Source: Neocallimastix sp. 'constans' (Eukaryota). From it: a stretch of DNA of 64,000 bases. Below the pieces are notes generated by a model. It was not told the origin of the DNA, ran no database searches, and worked only from the letters and a program-made list of their open reading frames with translations. Positions 60,420 to 64,000 of this stretch are shown here, piece by piece. Position numbers and translations under genes: made by a program. Numbering within the stretch: the stretch's first letter is position 1; the number at the start of each line of letters is the position of its first letter. The DNA lies in contig JBODTK010000117.1 in the NCBI GenBank assembly GCA_050613775.1, positions 248,001 through 312,000 on the forward strand. Reading direction: 5' to 3'.

Positions 60420-61660
60420 AAAAAAAAAATTAAAAATACAAAAAATATAGAAATTTAAAATTAAAATAAATTAAAAATACAAAAAATACAAAAAATATAG
60501 AAAATATAGAAAATTAAAATTAAAATAAATTAAAAATACAAAAAATACAAAAAATATAGAAAATATAGAAAATTAAAATTAAAATAAATTAAAAATACAA
60601 AAAAATATCATAAAAATAAAAAAAAATTAAAAATACAAAAAATATAGAAAATATAGAAAATTAAAATTAAAATAAATTAAAAATACAAAAAAATATGGTA
60701 AATTACAAAAAAATATATATATATATATTTATAAAAAAAATTTTTAAATAATTAAAAAAAAATAGAAAATTAAATAAAAAAAAATAATTAAAAAATTAAA
60801 TTTTTTTAAATTTTTTATTTATTAAATTAAATATATACATAAAAAGATAAGTTATATATACTATTTGTACTACTTTTTGCAATATTGTATAATATGATAA
60901 AATATCTTGTCATTATAAATAATATCTTGTCATTAAATAATATCTTGTCATTATAATATTTTATAATGTATAATAAAAAAAAAAAAAAATTCAAAGAAAG
61001 ATATTATATTAAATATCTTGTTGCACCTTTTTATTTTAATAATAAATGAAAATAATATTTGTTCATTTGATATTTTATTTATAATTTTTCATTTTAAAAA
61101 TTTTAATATTAAAAAAGATTTTTACTTATACCTTTTAATTAAAACCTAACATTCTTAGTATATTGAATTTATTTTAACAATAATTTAAATAAAAATATTT
61201 ATATTTATTATTTTACTAGAAATTTTACCATACAATACTTTTTGACAAGTACAATGTTGAAGTAAATATAGTATTATTTAAGATTATAGAAATTATTATA
61301 AAATTTAAAAATTTTTATTTTTATTTTATTTTTATTATTAATTTTTCTTTTTTTATTTTTTTTTTTTTTTTTTTTTTTTTTGATATAAGTTATATTATAA
61401 ATTAAAATAAAATAAAAATATACATTTAAAACTTAAAAAAAGTATTATAAAATTTAAAACCTTTATTATTTATATTATTTTTATAACTTTATATAATTTT
61501 TATAATATAAAATAAAATTAAGTATATTATAAAATAAAATAAAATAAAAATATACATTTAATACTTAAAAAAGTATTATAAAATTTAAAACCTTTATTAT
61601 TAATATTATTTTTATAACTTTATATAATTTTTATAATATAAAATAAAATTAAGTATAAAT
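60420..61660. repeat. A-rich ~59-bp tandem repeats (60420-60700) and a ~131-bp tandem duplication (~61390-61660)
   Basis: AAATTAAAAATACAAAAAATATAGAAAA units repeat. TATACATTTAA.ACTTAAAAAAGTATTATAAAATTTAAAACCTTT occurs twice. Confidence 0.75.
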
Positions 61661-62673
61661 TAAATTAAATTAAACTAAATAATGATATACCATATAAAAG
61701 AGTGAAGTATTAATTAAAATAAGATGAAATAAAATAAATAGTGAGGGTTTATATAAAAGAGTAAAGTTTTAATAAAATACAATGATATAAAATGAAAAAA
61801 AAATAGGTAGTATTATAAAATATTAAAGTATTAATAAAAATAAAATGAAATAAATAAAAATAATTAGTTAAGTACTATGAATTAATATTTTATTCTTTTT
61901 TTTAAAAAAAAAGAGTTTAAATACTTAGGACTTATAAAATAATATTTTTTAATATAGGTTAGGTAGAATATTTTAATATTATATCGGATTTAAATATTAT
62001 TAATTTTTATTCTATAACCTCCTTACCATTACAATTAATGTTCCTATTATAATTAATATTTTTTTAATATTTTAGTTTAATTAATAAATATAAATACTTA
62101 TTTTATTAATATAAATGTTTTTATTAATATTTAATATTTTTTTATATTCTATTGATTAATTTTTTTTTTTATTAAAAAAAAATTAAAATAAAATAAAATT
62201 TTAATCTTAATAAACAATAAATAGTAATAACTATATAAATAAATAATTATTAATTAATATTATGGTATTAAAATATATTAAATGGTTTATTTTTATTAAA
62301 AACAAATAATAATTCAAACAATAATCAAAGCAATTATTACAATTCGTTTTGATAAACCAATATAATTTAATTTTATGATAAAATATTAAATATAAATAGA
62401 CTTCAAAGCGAATAGTAGTTTACCAAAAAATAGAATTATAAAATAGTCTTTTTTTATGGTTTAATTAATTATAATTTTAAAAAATATTTTTTTATTACTA
62501 TTTAAATACTACAATAGTTAATTATTTAATACTTAATATATGCATACAATGTATACATATTAAATTATCTATTAATTTTTTTAATAATTAATGTACATTG
62601 ATATATATTCATAAATTGCATAAAAGGGCAACGAAAATATTTGTTAAATCTTCAAATGATAATTAAGAATTAC

Positions 62674-63114
62674 GTGGGATCGGGCCAATGGTTAACGCTT
62701 GGGGTCAATAGTCCGGAGTTGGATTCCACCTTACCACTCAAAATTAACCCAATTGAATAAGACATCGTCTACACTATGGTCATGCTTCTCAGATGTACAT
62801 ATACATACCTGAAGCGGGGTGATTCTGGGTATTGTAAATCCTCATTAGTTAACGTGTTAGATTAGATTTCCTAATTTGGTAGATACATAATGTTATAGTG
62901 TATGTGGTTGTGGCTTGCCATATCCAACATCACCAAATCTTGTGGTTCCATAATTCGTCACTAAGAGTATCGATGCCGAAAAGGTATGGCATGGGAGCAC
63001 TTTAAGTGGTCATCCTTATACAACCCCGCTATAAAGTTTATCTGATATTAGTTGTCTGTTTTTGCTAGGATAATATGATCAGACTTGCAAGGGAATGTCT
63101 AAAAAAAAAAAAAA
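62674..63114 (+). mobile_element. Probable tRNA-derived SINE (~440 bp)
   Basis: GC-rich island. A tRNA-like head GTGGGA...TACCAC contains an A-box-like TCGGGCCAATGG (62680-62691) and a B-box-like GTTGGATTCC (62718-62727). The body has no ORF and ends in an A14 tail (63101-63114). Confidence 0.6.
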
Positions 63115-63482
63115 TTTCAACTGATAATTATTTTAGATTTGTATAAAAATAATAAAATAAGACTTATACGACTTATACAATAAATAAATTTTTTAATAAA
63201 CAATTTCAAACTTAAATCATTAATGATTTTTATTTGATAAAGTTTTTTAATCATTAACTAAATTTATTTGATAAAATTTTTAAAGTAAAGTGTAGCATTT
63301 ACCAAATATTAAATTTTGTAATAAGCCTTAAATAATAATATTTCAACCTACTTCGTAAAACCATTATTACAAAATTATTATATAATATTACATATCATAT
63401 GTCTTTAATTTTTTCTTATTCTTAATATTTATTATAATATAGTTGTATAAAATATATATATATATATATTAATAAATCATGG

Positions 63483-63655
63483 GAGAAAAATAAAATAAAA
63501 CATTTTGCTTATCTAGGTTCAAAAATATATTGAGAGAAAAATAGAAATAATTCATCACATTAATCTAGGTGCATAAATATATTGAGAGAAAAATAGAAAT
63601 AGTTCATTTTATTAATCTAGGTACAAAAACATATTGAGTGAAAAATAGAAATAGT
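63483..63655. repeat. 52-bp tandem repeat x~3
   Basis: ATCTAGGT occurs at 63511, 63563 and 63615, each followed by ATATTGAG.GAAAAATAGAAATA. Confidence 0.8.
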
Positions 63656-64000
63656 ACACCATCAATAATATATATATCAATTCCTTTACCAGCAGAACTT
63701 GGATAATAATAATTATTATCATATGGATGTGATGAATTTAAAAAATACTTATCTGGGACATTATTAATAATGAACTATTACTAAGACTGAAATCAAATTT
63801 ATTTTCTTGAATACTGACTTCCTTCCATTTAGTTTCTTTTATGATATTCGTTTTTATCATAATATTTGTTAGAATAATGATTTTTAAATATTGTAGATAT
63901 AGTACAAGTAATAATATTTGGTAAATTTTCAATCTCATTAATTATTCTTTCTGGATATAGATAAGCAATAATAACGTAATAGTCTAATATAGGTCATATA
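63655..64000 (-). pseudogene. Subtilisin (S8) pro-region / N-terminal catalytic fragment, frameshifted
   Basis: Reads VIIAYL...IENLPNIITC, WKEVSIQEN and YDNNYYPSSAGKGIDIYIIDG (catalytic Asp motif), then breaks off at the 52-bp repeat. Confidence 0.72.

Noticed and set aside
62674..62740. Functional tRNA gene
   Set aside because: Too short for a full cloverleaf, with a mutated B box and no oligo-T terminator; it fits a SINE head better.

Overview
Extremely AT-rich eukaryotic DNA with GT-AG introns and long homopolymer runs. The fungal non-catalytic dockerins, CBM1/GH43/GH9 CAZymes and Asn-rich linkers point to an anaerobic gut fungus (Neocallimastigomycota). Apparently intact genes are the 3' end of a dockerin protein, CBM1-GH43-CBM, a small secreted protein, a multi-TM class-3 lipase, an ankyrin protein, an 8-exon GH9-CBM13-GH43-3x dockerin cellulosomal fusion and an ABCA transporter. 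Pseudogenes are GH5, GH114 and two subtilisin pieces. Transposable elements are dense: a MULE family with 9-bp TSDs, Copia and Ty3/Gypsy remnants, a solo LTR and a probable tRNA-derived SINE. Most notable: (1) a young, complete 2.9-kb LTR element with apparently identical 383-bp LTRs, a tRNA-Ala PBS and a 4-bp TSD, whose only ORF is a catalytically dead (Asp->Lys) Gypsy-type aspartic protease with no Gag/RT/IN; (2) a ~2.1-kb GC-richer 69-bp-period higher-order repeat array; (3) a 3-nt microexon and a Kex2-like junction in the GH9 fusion gene. All family calls come from by-eye motif recognition; no database search was run.
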